Assembly (NCBI RefSeq): GCF_009914755.1
Contig: NC_060931.1
Length of the DNA stretch: 64,000 nucleotides
Strand: one strand, 5' to 3'
Source of the DNA: the human T2T-CHM13v2.0 reference genome, Homo sapiens
Made by a program: the position numbers and the translations under genes. Positions 39,086-52,379 of the stretch are shown here, in pieces. Numbering within the stretch: the stretch's first letter is position 1; each line of letters starts with the position of its first letter. Under the pieces are notes generated by a model. The model did not search any database and had not been told where the DNA came from. It was given only the letters and a program-made list of their open reading frames with translations.

Positions 39086-40069
39086 CTTAAAATCACAGGA
39101 AGCCTTCACATGGAAAAGTTGCTACCCTTTGACCATCTCCACTGTGTACGTCATAATCTCATGGCTGATGTTTCAGTCTGCTGTTGGAGAGACCATCTCA
39201 TCTCTGATGGGAGGAAAAATAATATAGAGGGAATAATGATAAGGCTGGGTCAAGAGTGTCTTTGGAAGACGTTCACTTCTCACCTATGCATAAATAATGA
39301 GGCTATGGAGTATGTCTGTGGTAGTTTTAACCTGAAAAATTTATGAAGCAGTAGTAACAAAAAAACTACCTTAGCGCCAATAAACCTAAGTAGAAAAGAC
39401 AATCAAGCCAAAAGTAATCCTCAAGAGAGTATTTCTAGAGTCCAGCTATGAGCAGTAGAATTTCCTGGCATACTCTCCAAATGTGATTGCAAAATATACA
39501 CATTATTAGTTGTAAAAAAAAATAGTTTTTACTAAAGTCTTTTCTCTACCAATCTAGGAATTACTCATTGTGTGCTTTTCTTTTTACAGCATCGCAGGCT
39601 TTATTATTTGTGTCTCCCCTAACTGAGCTCAGATCAATGGTGTACAACTCTTTAACACCACCTCCTGCCCTGGGACACTCACAGGGTCTTTGGACCTTTT
39701 ATGGGAAATCTCAGGAAATTATTGTTGTGTGAATGGGAAGATGGAACAAATCCCAGATACTTGTTAAACACTTCCATCTTATCCATATTTGAGTGATTCC
39801 ACTTCCATAATCTCCCCTTCCAATGAATCAGAATCCCTCTGGATTGCCAGTTGTGAGAAAAGAAAATATTTTAAAAGTCAATAGAGTTCTTAGTCCTTTT
39901 CAAACTTAGTACTCAGTCTGTGTCCAGTAGCAATACGTATCAGTCTCTGTGTAAAAATCAGTGTATGTTCATGTACGTTTTTATTCGAGAGTTTTCCAAC
40001 AGCACCTTAACCTTTCTCCTCCTCCTTAGAATTAGTATTTCTCAATAATATTGTCAATGAAGTAGAAAT

Positions 40070-40860
40070 TAATTATTTGCCACATGTTCGGTACTGTGCT
40101 AAGCGCTTCACATGTTATTTTATTCCATTTGTACCTTGGTCCTATGAAGTATGTCCTGTTGTATCCTCCTCCTTGTTTTGGATAGGGAAACTGAGGTCCA
40201 GAGAATTTAAGTACCATGCCCCTTGTATTAGGGTTCTCTAGAGGGACAGAACTGATAGGATAGATGTATATATGAAGGGGAATTTAGTAAGAAGTACTGA
40301 GTCACACGATCATAAAGTGAAGTTCCACAATAAGCTGTCTGCAAGCTGAGGAGCAAGGAAGCCAGTCCGACTCCCAAAACCTCAAAAGTAGGGAAGCCAA
40401 CAGTGCACCCTTCAGTCTGTGGCCAAAGGTCCGATAGCCCCTGGCAAACCACTGGTGTGAGTCCAAGAGTCCAAAAGCTGAAGAACTTGGAATCTGATGT
40501 TAGAGGGCAGGAAGCATCCAGCATGGGAGAGGGATGTAGGCCGGAAGACTCAGCAAGTCAAAATTCTTCCACCTTCCTCTGCCTGCTTTATTCTAGCCCT
40601 GCTGGCAGCTGATTAGATGGTGCCCACCCTGCTTGAGGGTGGGTCTGCCTCTCCCAGTTCACTGACTCAAATGTTAATCTCCTTTGGCGACACCTTCACA
40701 GACACACCCAGGAACAATACTTTGCATCCTTCAATCCAATCCGGTTGACACCCAATATTAACCCATCACACTCCTAATTACACAGTTAGAAAGTCGTGTA
40801 GCCACGATTCAAACAAACCCAGGCAATCTGATTCCAGGGCCCACTCTCTTGATAATCACA
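40070..40860 (-). mobile_element. MIR SINE split by MLT2A2
   Basis: 'ggaaactgaggtccagagaatttaagt' ... resumes 'tacacagttagaaagt...gattcaaac'. Confidence 0.8.
40224..40770 (-). mobile_element. MLT2A2 solo LTR (HERV-L)
   Basis: Complete 547-bp LTR, tgtatta...catcaca, TSD cccct/ctcct. Confidence 0.9.
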
Positions 40861-41139
40861 TGGATTTAAATCAATAAAAAAAATATAAAATGCTGTCTAT
40901 ATTCTCGGCATGGGTGATAGAAAAATAGCCGTGTAGATAAACCTAGCCTCCGTAGTCCCTGGCAGAGAAAGGCTGTAAGGAAAGTGTCTTTTCTGTAAGA
41001 GGAAGGGGAAGCAGGATAGGAAGACACAACTAAGGTCTCAGATGAGGCTTCAGAAAAGAGATTATTTATGACATAAGCTTCAGTGGGTATGGCCAGGTTG
41101 TGTAGGGGTGTTCAAGGCTGAAGAGATAATGCTTACCAG

Positions 41140-41610
<471 letters not shown>

Positions 41611-41780
41611 ATAAATGCTCAGAAGATGAGAGAATGTGACTTATTTCAAGAATTACAATATTATTTCCATTCCTCTCCCTTGCAACCTAAAAGAAACAGA
41701 GTTGTTTATCATACTGAAATTGTCTACCTTTGGTCTAACAGTATGTGTAAAGAAAAGCAATTGAAGATATATTCTCATTT

Positions 41781-42690
<910 letters not shown>

Positions 42691-43275
42691 CATTTTTTTT
42701 AATAAGAAAGTAGACTTTGTGGATAGCAGGTTTCCACATTTCACTTTCACTTTTCACCTCTTTCTCAATAGTTGAATCCCTTCCCAACTAGCCTCTTACT
42801 CTTAAGAGACTTCATATTATTTAATAATGTTATAATTAACTAATGACATATTATTTAAGTATTGGGGTAAAACCAAACCATCATCACCTTAAATAAGTCT
42901 GTATTGATAATTGTTGCAGTGATATAGAGATAGCACCTTTTCTAGTCCATTATCATTGATGTTCATTGAGTTGTCTCAGCAATTTACAAATTTGAAATGG
43001 AATTCCAGAGGCATCTGAATTATGCTTATCCTAACAATTATGTTGTATGAATCAAATGCTATTACAGTAAAAGCCAAGGGGACCATCCAAATTCATTTGT
43101 TATACTGAAACACAACTGTATGTGGGGATTGCTTGAAATAATGTTTTATTATATGAAGATTAACATATAAATATGGTTCAAATGTTTTTCATGTTTTAGA
43201 GGTTATTTGTACTGCTTCTTAGGTCATTAAAAAATAAAACATTTTACTGATCAAGGGGCATTTAAAGCATGACAG

Positions 43276-43787
43276 TGTTAAAGTATGCCCCGGCTGGCAA
43301 AGCGGACTTCCTGTGGCTAACTGAGGTGCTCGTTAAACAGATCAGGTGGCCGTGGCTGGGTGAGGGAGCAGTCATGTACTCTGTGTTTTGCAGAGATGCT
43401 GTTAAAGTGTCACAGGACCTCCCTTTCTACGATCATGCCAAACCAGTTTCTGTTGTCAATGCAGAGATAGGCTGTAGCTGGAAGTCCCCCAGCTGACCAC
43501 CAACAGACCACCTGACACCAACCAACTGACCACTGAACCAGCCAATTAAGAAAGACTGGTGATTTAGGGCTTAAAGGTCATCCAGTCAATACTATTCCTC
43601 ACTCCCCTGACTCTCCTCCTCTGTCCTACAGTTTTTGCCTTCATAATCTCTGACTCTTCAACCCATCCTCAGAGCCAGCACATTTTCAGTTTGCACTGTA
43701 GGTTTCTGGTCCCCAATCTGCATATTGCTTATAGAAAATATAGCTCCTCTTTTTTTTCCCCATGTACCTTATGGTCTTATATTAACA
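43276..43787 (+). mobile_element. ERV1 solo LTR (MER89/MER90-like)
   Basis: tgttaa...ttaaca inverted termini, ~510 bp, LTR-like internal motifs; subfamily uncertain. Confidence 0.65.
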
Positions 43788-44204
43788 GTATTTTAAATGC
43801 AAAACAAACGTATGTTTCCCCTCAAATTCTGGTCTCTTTTTCTGTATAATCTTTGTTGTTGTTGTTGTTGATATTGACAAGAGAATAACATAATTATTGA
43901 TTTCTTATAGCTGCTTTAGAGCAGTGCATTAATCCCACTTTCCTCTTTACTATGTTTCTGTTGTTGCATTTACCACAATTTTATTTAATTTCTTTGTTTA
44001 CACATCAGCCTCTCCCTTACTATGTCATGAGGGCAAAATGTCTTATTTGTCACTATATCTCTTGTCCCTGGAACATTATTAGTGTAGTTTTTCTTTCTGA
44101 TGATTTTACAAATGGCTCAATTAGTCAATCATGTGCAATAATTCATTTAATAAACATTTTTTGAGCACAGACTTTGTGTTAGTACTGTTACCTGTTGTAG
44201 GAAA

Positions 44205-44390
44205 TTTGTTCTAAGTCCTGGCTGCATCATGTTACTTAGGGAACTTTGAAAGAGGCTCTTTACTCCTACACTCCATCCCTGGTGATTCTCATACTATAGG
44301 GTAAGGCTTGGGACCTGGGAAGTGTTTGTTTGTTTGTTTGTTTTAAAAAAGCTCTCATAGTAATACTAGTGTTCTGTCATGCTTCAAGAT
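44205..44390. mobile_element. MER5A-like MITE
   Basis: Degenerate 'cctggctgcatca...tagggaacttt...gattct...gggacctgggaa'. Confidence 0.55.
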
Positions 44391-44544
44391 AAAGAGATTG
44401 TCCTTTCACTAGACTGGATATATCATATTCTTCCTTTTCTTTGATTAATATCTTTGTCTCTGTTTTTTTAAATTTTTTGTTTCTATTCACAAGAAAAAAA
44501 TAGAAATTGGGAGACTTGAGTAGCTTATTTTCAAGTTTAAGGAA

Positions 44545-44735
44545 TGGGAAGGCACTTCAATATAGATTATCTTATTTCACTCAATAATTTTGTAAAGTAA
44601 ATGTTATTATTTCCCTTTTTTCCATTGAGCATTGAAGGTTTTTAAAACTTACAGAAAGCCACAAAACGAGTTAATGTTAGAATATGGCTTGGAATCCAGA
44701 GGTGTGTAACTCCAGAGCTCATATTCTTTTCCCTT
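44545..44735 (-). mobile_element. MIR SINE
   Basis: 'gttattatttcccttttt...aactccagagctcatattcttt'. Confidence 0.65.
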
Positions 44736-44747
44736 AATTAAAAGCAA

Positions 44748-45200
44748 TGTTAAAGAAAAAAATTATTCTTGGCACTTGTTAAAGATGGTGAGGGAGGCTT
44801 TATTCAAGGGGCCTTGGCCATAGGTATGGGGACCACTGCGATGGGGCCTCGCAGTGTGGGAGAGAGATTGGGCTCTACCCTGATTCCAACAAGGACAAGT
44901 GGGGATTTATAACCAAAGAGCATGTGGTGCAGGATTGGGTGGAAAGTCCCTAAGTGGAAGCATCACCTGCAGGGGGTTTCTGGCTAACCCGACTTGATAG
45001 GACCACTGTTGAAGGCATGCCAGATGATAAGTTATCCACGGTGGTCAGATACCAAAGGTGGGTGATTTTCCCTAAACTGACTTAGGATTCTTGCTCTAAT
45101 TGGATTCTACAAAAGCAGAGAGGGAAACCCAATGTCTGCTTACTCAGAAAGGACTCAGAGGAGGCTGGCTCAAGTTTAGGTCAATGAAGAGAGTCTATCA
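44748..45200 (-). mobile_element. MER31 solo LTR (ERV1)
   Basis: tgttaaagaaaaaaattattc...gagagtctatca; similar to the element at 36520. Confidence 0.85.
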
Positions 45201-45526
45201 CCAGCTCTACTGTAAAACCAAAGTTAGCTGTTTTATAAATGTGTTGTACTGACTGCATATGTGTTCTGTTTTAAAAACAGAAGAAAATGAATGAGTTATT
45301 TCATTAAAAAATGTAAATAATTTATGAAAAAAAAATTATGTTGATTTATGTGTGTGACCTTGGTTGTGTTGTGTTTTGTTTACCCCTGCTCTCTGTATCA
45401 GTGCCTTTCCGCGGCGGGGGTGGTGGTGGGGGAATCCTGGTCTATTGTTTTTTTAAAAAACATTGTGTATAGTTTAAGTAGTGCCTTCACTTCTGTGTTG
45501 AGACTGTTATTCTTAAAGAACATGCA

Positions 45527-45800
<274 letters not shown>

Positions 45801-46549
45801 ATAGAAGATGCGATGCATATAGATATACAACTATTTTTTCACACTACAGACTAGACTATATAACTATTTCTTAAACTTACAAAAACAGCAACCTATATTC
45901 AGTGTGCACATTAACACACTCTGTGCCTTGTTTTTTTCTTATGGCAAGTATGTTGGCTATTGTTTTTCTGTCTTGGTGGCTTTGAGGCCATGTACTGTGA
46001 TTTTGCATAGCATGTTAAGGTTTAGCAGTTGATGGTTAATTTATTTGTGTATGATGTGTGTCTGCAATATGGAAATTAAAAGCTGACTGTAACAATAAAT
46101 TATGAAAATGAAAAAGTAGGCAATAAAATAGGCATGTGCTTTGCAAGTTCTATAGCATTATATTGTATTTCTTGTAAAACTGTGCACTACCTTGAGGTTG
46201 CTTTCTAGAAGTAATGTTATTGTTTAGTATCAGCATTCACTTTTTTTAGAATCACATTGATAGATATGATGTAAATATTTGCACAGGTGAAATTAAAATA
46301 CACAGTAAAGAGGATAGTTCGAAATCTTAAGAGAGGGATATATTTAATTTAGAGTGTTTAAAATGCATGTTCTTACACTCTTCTCTCTGTTTGGAATTCT
46401 CTTTCCCTTTTTTGCTCCTGGAGCAAATTGGTTTGCAGCCCCTCAGGTCCATTCCTCAAAAGAGCCTTCTCCGCCTGACACTTTCCTAGACTGAGTCAGT
46501 GTTTTTTCCCCCAGTCTGTACCTGCAATGGTTTTTTTAAGTGTATGTCT

Positions 46550-46949
46550 TATCAACCTAAAATAAGCAACAGAAAGACCAACTCGCCAAAGAGTTTATTC
46601 AGGAATAGCAGGGGAGCAATCCAGAATATGCCTGCTATGATGGATCATAGGCGCTTCCAGAGAGGCAAGGGAAGGTAAGAGTCTGTAAAGGCAAAATGAG
46701 GGAGGTTACAGTAGTTGTTTAGCATCAGTTCGTTAGTGGAACAGGCAGTTGCTGGGCTGGTCTCCTTGTAGAACTAATCTGTATGTAGGGTTGCGGTGGC
46801 CTTTATGTAATGTTGTGGTTTTGGCAGTCTCTTATGATAATTCCTGTTGTCAAGCAAACATGCATGAGGGCCTGTCTTTCATCGCATCCTGGCTCCATTT
46901 TGTTGGGGTTTGAATAAGTGACTCTCTTTTGACATGGACAACTTTCACA
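46550..46949 (-). mobile_element. ERV1 solo LTR (MER93-like) inside an L2 fragment
   Basis: Ends 'ggctccattttgttggggtttga...gacaactttcaca' (reverse complement tgtgaaagttgtc). Confidence 0.7.
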
Positions 46950-49167
46950 GTCTTCTCAAGTACATGTGAGCTCCTTCATGTAAGGACCATCTGTGGGAGG
47001 TCCCATAGAGTCTGAAACATTGAACATTCACTAAATGTTTGATTTTGATTTAATGAATAAAATTTATTGTTTGCAATAGAAAATGTAACAGAACAACTAA
47101 TTTCACATTATATAATTGTGACATATGTTATGATTCTTATTTTCAGAAAAACCGAGGTCTGAGGTAGCTAAATAGCTTTCTGAAGTCATACAGATTGTCC
47201 CTTAGATTTAGTCTGACATTATGTTCATGTGTTATTCAATCCTATATGCTTTTCAAAAAAACCTGCATTTGCCCAGCTACAATCCACATGACACTATTGC
47301 TTCCAAGAAATGTAACTGGAATCATGGCCAGTGGAGGGGAAATGGATTTTGGAAAAAACTATTAAGTAAAAGTTAATAGTATTTTTTACTTTTGACTCCA
47401 GGACTTTTCTCAACTATAATGTGCTAAAGTGCATAGTACCAAAGAGATTGATTTAACACGCAATATTTTACAGTTATATGTTAACAGAAGCCCTCTTCAA
47501 AATTACTTATTTTCTCTTGAGGGACTATTTTTTTTTAAGGATGTAATTTGGAGGAGCTACACTAATCTATTCTGTAAGATGTTGATTCAAGTTCTTTATA
47601 TCAAAGTCATCTCAACTTTGTATGTTAACAAAAGAAATTGAAAATATATTGGTTGTGGGCTCTTTTCCTATATTCGACTCTGATATGCTCTATAAGTTTT
47701 GACAAATTCCAAAATTGCAGGAAATTGTTTCCATTTATTCATTAGCAAGGGGGCTATCTGAGGAGACACATGGTCAAATACTCAGCTTTTGGATTTGTGA
47801 ATTTCAGCTTGTAGTCATTGTTTTGCTAAGAGGTCTTAGTTAAGATGTATATGTCAGATCATACTATAATAAATAATAGACAATCCAAATTCATTTACTT
47901 TACTGGATTTATGTTTTTATTAGCTGAAGGAGGTTGGCTTGGTAATTGTTTTTTATATGGAGACTTAAGTATCAAATATAGTCTAAGGAACATTACAGGG
48001 ACCCCTCTCTGTGGCCATTATTTTTAGTTAGTAAAGGGGAAAAAGAGGCCTTCTCTGATAGTCAGTATTAACTTAGTTTAGTAGTGTCTGTTGTAAGATA
48101 ATTTAACTTGATCAAATTCAAATATTAGGCTTAGAATGAGCTCAGGAGTTCAAGGTCAGCCAGAGTAACATAGCAAGACCCTGTCTGTACCAAGAAAAAA
48201 AATATATAATGTATTCTTACCTGGTGTAATAAATAGAAAAGACCAGGTAAGCAGTATGAGAATAAAAATATAGATACGTATGTTAATGAAAATAAACATT
48301 ACTTTGAACTTGCAAGTGGTATTCCACCAAAGTTAAAAACATCTATGAAGTCTTACTTTTCCAACTTGAATTTATCCATACATAATTAAAAGTAAAATGT
48401 CCTAGACTTGAGAAATTTTTTATTATCCAAATAGCTCTTACATGCCCCCAAAAGATCTCCACAGAGTGCAAGAGACTTTATAATTCAGCATTAATCTGAA
48501 TTGGAACTGAGTTGAAGCATAATATTGCCTTAAATATTTTAATGAAGGAGAATATTAACCTGATTAAACAAGATCAACAGGCTCAAAATGGAAACATTTG
48601 CCTGTTTAATCAACAGTGTTTTAGACACTGTTAAGGATTTTGCATACAGTGGGGCCTTGTTATGCTGGTTGTTGGTTAGAGTGATTCCCCCATTATCCAT
48701 GGGAAAGACATTCCAGGGCCTCCAATGGATACCTGAATCCATAGATAGTGCCAAGCCCTATATACACTGTGTTTTTTCCTATATGTACATACCTATGATA
48801 AGATTTAATTTATAAATTAGGCACAGTCAGAGATTAACAACAATAACTAATAATAAAATGCAGGTTGAATATCCCTTATCTGAAATGCTTGGGACCAGAA
48901 ATGTTTTGCATTTCTGATTTTTTTCAGATTTTGGAATATTTGCATGTATATAAAATGAGATATCTTAAGGTTGGACCCCAGTCTAAATACAAAATTCATT
49001 TATTTTCATATACACCATATACACATACCCTGAAGGTAACTTTGTATAATATTTGTGATAATTTTGCGCATATAACAAAGTTTGTGTGCATTAAAGCATC
49101 AGAAAACAAAGGTGTCACTATCTCAGCCACCCATGGGGACAATCTGTGGTTGTTTGGAATCACTGTC

Positions 49168-49326
49168 ATTTTTCTTTTTCTTTTTCTTTTTCTTTTTCCT
49201 TTTCTTTCTTTCTTTCTTTTTTTTTTTTTTTTTTTTGAGACAGTATCTCCCTCTGTCACCCAGGCTGGAGTACAGTGTGGTGATCTTGGCTCACTGCAGC
49301 CTCGACCTCCCACACTCAAGCGATCA
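49168..49326 (-). mobile_element. 5'-truncated AluJ with long T/CT tail
   Basis: ~90 bp of right arm plus tail, inside Tigger4. Confidence 0.88.
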
Positions 49327-49546
49327 TCATTTCTGACTCTGAATGTATAAGCTACTGATTAGCAATCATTTTCTTACGCTTATTCACACATAAATACTTA
49401 ATAGCAAAATATATAACATACCATTAAAATAGTGAAAAAATAATGTGTTCAGGGTATCTAAGCAGCACAGCAGCATCACCAGAACACCCGCATCAGCTGC
49501 TGAACCACAGCCAGCTTTGTCGCCACCAACGATGCTGGTTTGTTCA

Positions 49547-49967
49547 TTCTCTTCTCTTCTCTTCCCTTCCCACCCCTCCCCTCCCCTCCCATCTCCTCCC
49601 CTCCCCTCCCTTCCCCTCCCCTCCCCCCTCCCCTCCCCTTCCCCCCTCCTCTTCCCTCCCCCCTCTCCCCTCCCCTCCCCTCCTCTTCCCTTCCCATCTT
49701 GACAAGGTCTCACGCTGTTGCCCAAGCTGCAGTGCAGTGATGTGATCACATTTCACTACAACCTTGAAATCATGGGCTCAAGCAATTCTCTCACCTCAGC
49801 CTCTTGAGAAGCCTGGATTGCAAGTGGGGCATCATGACTTCCAGCCAATTTTTTTTTTTGAATTGCTATGTTGCCGAGGCCAGTCTAAAACTCCTGGGTT
49901 CAGATGATCCTCCTGCCTTGGCCTCCCACCTCACTGGGATTACAGATGTGAGCCACTGCACCCAGCC
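49547..49967 (-). mobile_element. AluJ whose tail has become a ~150-nt polypurine/polypyrimidine tract
   Basis: Alu body 49700-49967; (CCCCT/CTT)n tract 49547-49695. Confidence 0.9.
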
Positions 49968-49989
49968 TGTATTTTATTTATTTAGGTGA

Positions 49990-51853
49990 GAAGAAACATC
50001 AGAAGCAGTTGAGGGACCAAGAAGTGGATCACCTAGGGATGAGGAAGCATTGTGCTAGGTGGCTTTTAAAAATGCTTCCAGCAGAGTCATCCGTGGCTCC
50101 ATAACAATTTTTGTCTTAGAAGTCTTTCTTTAATTTTATAAACTGCCATGTTCTGTTATGAATGTGCACTGCTCTAGTCCTTCAGTAAGCTCATCACATA
50201 TTTGCACCATGTTGTCTGTAGATAGTAATTTTGCAGTGTTAACAATGCCATCTTTATCGTCACTATTATCACAATCACCTTGATTCAGAACCATTTTGGT
50301 TATTTTGCCATCAGTCAATGAATGAAATAACTGAAGCCTCATTATCAATGTTAAATTTCTTTAACATCCACTTCTTCCAGCATACTGATGAATTCTGAAG
50401 ATACATCTTTTGCATATGTAAGGAGATCAGACTTTTTTTTCTCACTTGACATGTGAAATCCTTCAAAGTCAGCATTTTGTTCATCATTATCACTGAACAT
50501 AGTCACAGGTTAGAAGCTGTGCCAGGCACGCACCACTGTGTCTTTAGTCACAGTGTTCTAGGTGTTGGCAACAGCATATGTAGCATTATTTATGCTAAAC
50601 TCCTTTTGAATATCTTCCACAACCACACCAATGTTCATTGCTACATTGCTGCTAGCATGTTGTTCAAGAATACATTTTTATATTCACTCTACATTGATGT
50701 AAGGATACCTTCGTCACATGGATGAATTAATAAATTCACATTTAGGGGGAGTATATGTGGCATGAACATGATTTTTGATGAGAATTTCTGCTGGAGGATG
50801 AGCAGAACAGTGGTCAAGGAATAATAAAGTTGTGCATTTGTCATCCCGGCCAGCTTCCTTTCAGTGAGCACAAGTCACTGGTACAAAATGTTTGTGAAAC
50901 CGATCAGAAGAGATATCCCTGGTGATAAATGCCTTTTTGTTCATATAATAATAGACTAGTAAGAAAATCACTCCTTGAAAACTGTGAGATCATAGCCTTT
51001 TCCTATCATAACAAATTACGCTTATGCATGCCTACTGCATTAGAACATCCCAACACAGCTGTTCTGTCTTTGGCATCCTTAATTCCTGTAGGAGCTGTCT
51101 CATCAGCTGTGGCCAGTGTCGTTCTGGGACCATACACCAAAACAGTGATGTTTTAACAGCATTATAGACTTGTTCTGGCATCAGATTTCCATCAGCGATG
51201 ACCTTGGCAAATTCATCAGTGAATTGCTCTGCTCCTTCATGGTCAGCAGATGCTTTCTCACTGTATAAATCTTTAAAACAAATTGAATTCCATGTTTAAG
51301 TTTCTATAAGTAGCCTGTTGAATATTTACAGTTCCCTTCAATTTTCAGTTCATCTTGATAGAGCTTTGCTTGTTTCATCATCAGCAATACCATTAAGAGG
51401 CATGTGTTCACTGTGACACTGATCAATCCACTCTTTCAACACCTAAGATTTTAAAAGGAATAAATTAATTTTTAAATAGTGACGAGAACTTGCCATGTTG
51501 CCCAGGCTGGTCTTGACCTCCTGCAATTAGGTGATCCTCCCGTCTTCTCCCAAAGTGCTGGAATTACAGGTGTGAGCCACCATGGCCATCCCTAAGATCT
51601 TTATTTTTAGCTTTATGCAGTGTTTTTGTATTTTTCGTTAACTTTGTTTATCACTTTCAGCATGGAACTTCAACAGTTTATCCTTGTTCTTCAGGTCATA
51701 TATGGTGGTCATTGTAACACCGTAGTCTTCTGTGACATGTTCCATACTTACACTGCTATTCAGTTTCTCCAACAGCCTGACTTTCAGTGCTATAGAGAAA
51801 CATAAATGCTTTCCCTTTTTCCTATCACTGTTATTCATAGCCTTCTTGACATT
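49990..51853 (-). pseudogene. Decayed pogo/CENP-B/Jerky-like transposase of Tigger4
   Basis: N-terminal HTH (KKGKHLCFSIALKVRLLEKL...YGVTMTTIYDLK), and the motifs PEQVYNAVKTSLFW, LFLDHCSAHP and LIHPCDEGI in different frames; stops, frameshifts and an Alu insertion. Confidence 0.88.
51450..51590 (-). mobile_element. Alu monomer (FLAM-like)
   Basis: Left-arm monomer, TSD cctaagat. Confidence 0.85.
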
Positions 51854-52379
51854 TTCAACAATATCTTTCACCACAGAGCAGAGAATAAGCACAAAAATAC
51901 AGTGAGTAATGCACGTAGGTCTTAGCCCCATCCTGGGGAACCTGTCCTTGCTGCATCTGGCCTGTACATGTGGCATTGTATTACACTTTGTGAGTGTGCT
52001 TTTATGGGAGGGATCCGGGTGTGTGTGGAAAAGATATATTGCAGCTGAAGGGAAGAAAAAAATCTGTCCTGGGAGGGTAATTTGTTCCTTGGGAGTGCTG
52101 AATAAACTGTGTTGTACACCTGAAGTTGAACTGTGACTTGTCATGTGAGGTCATGTGTGGAATTTTCCACTTGTGGCATCAGGTGATGCTCAGAATGTTT
52201 CAGATTTTGGAGCATTTCAGATTTCAGACTTTTGGATTAGGGTTGCTCAACATGTTGAACAATTATAACAATATGCTGTTAATAATTTCACAGATTTGTT
52301 CTTACCTTAGATCTTAGTAACCTCAGCATATGATTTTATTTTCTTTCCGTAAGTTAAGAACTTTTACCTTTTCACTTAG

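Larger units (their letters stand above)
48861..52254 (-). mobile_element. Near full-length Tigger4 (Zombi) DNA transposon
   Basis: TIRs caggttgaatatcccttatc / gattagggttgctcaacatg; internal transposase remnants; three Alu insertions. Confidence 0.92.

Noticed and set aside
49384-49756. Gly/Glu/Arg-rich and Pro/Ser-rich ORFs
   Set aside because: Translation artefacts of the polypurine Alu tail.
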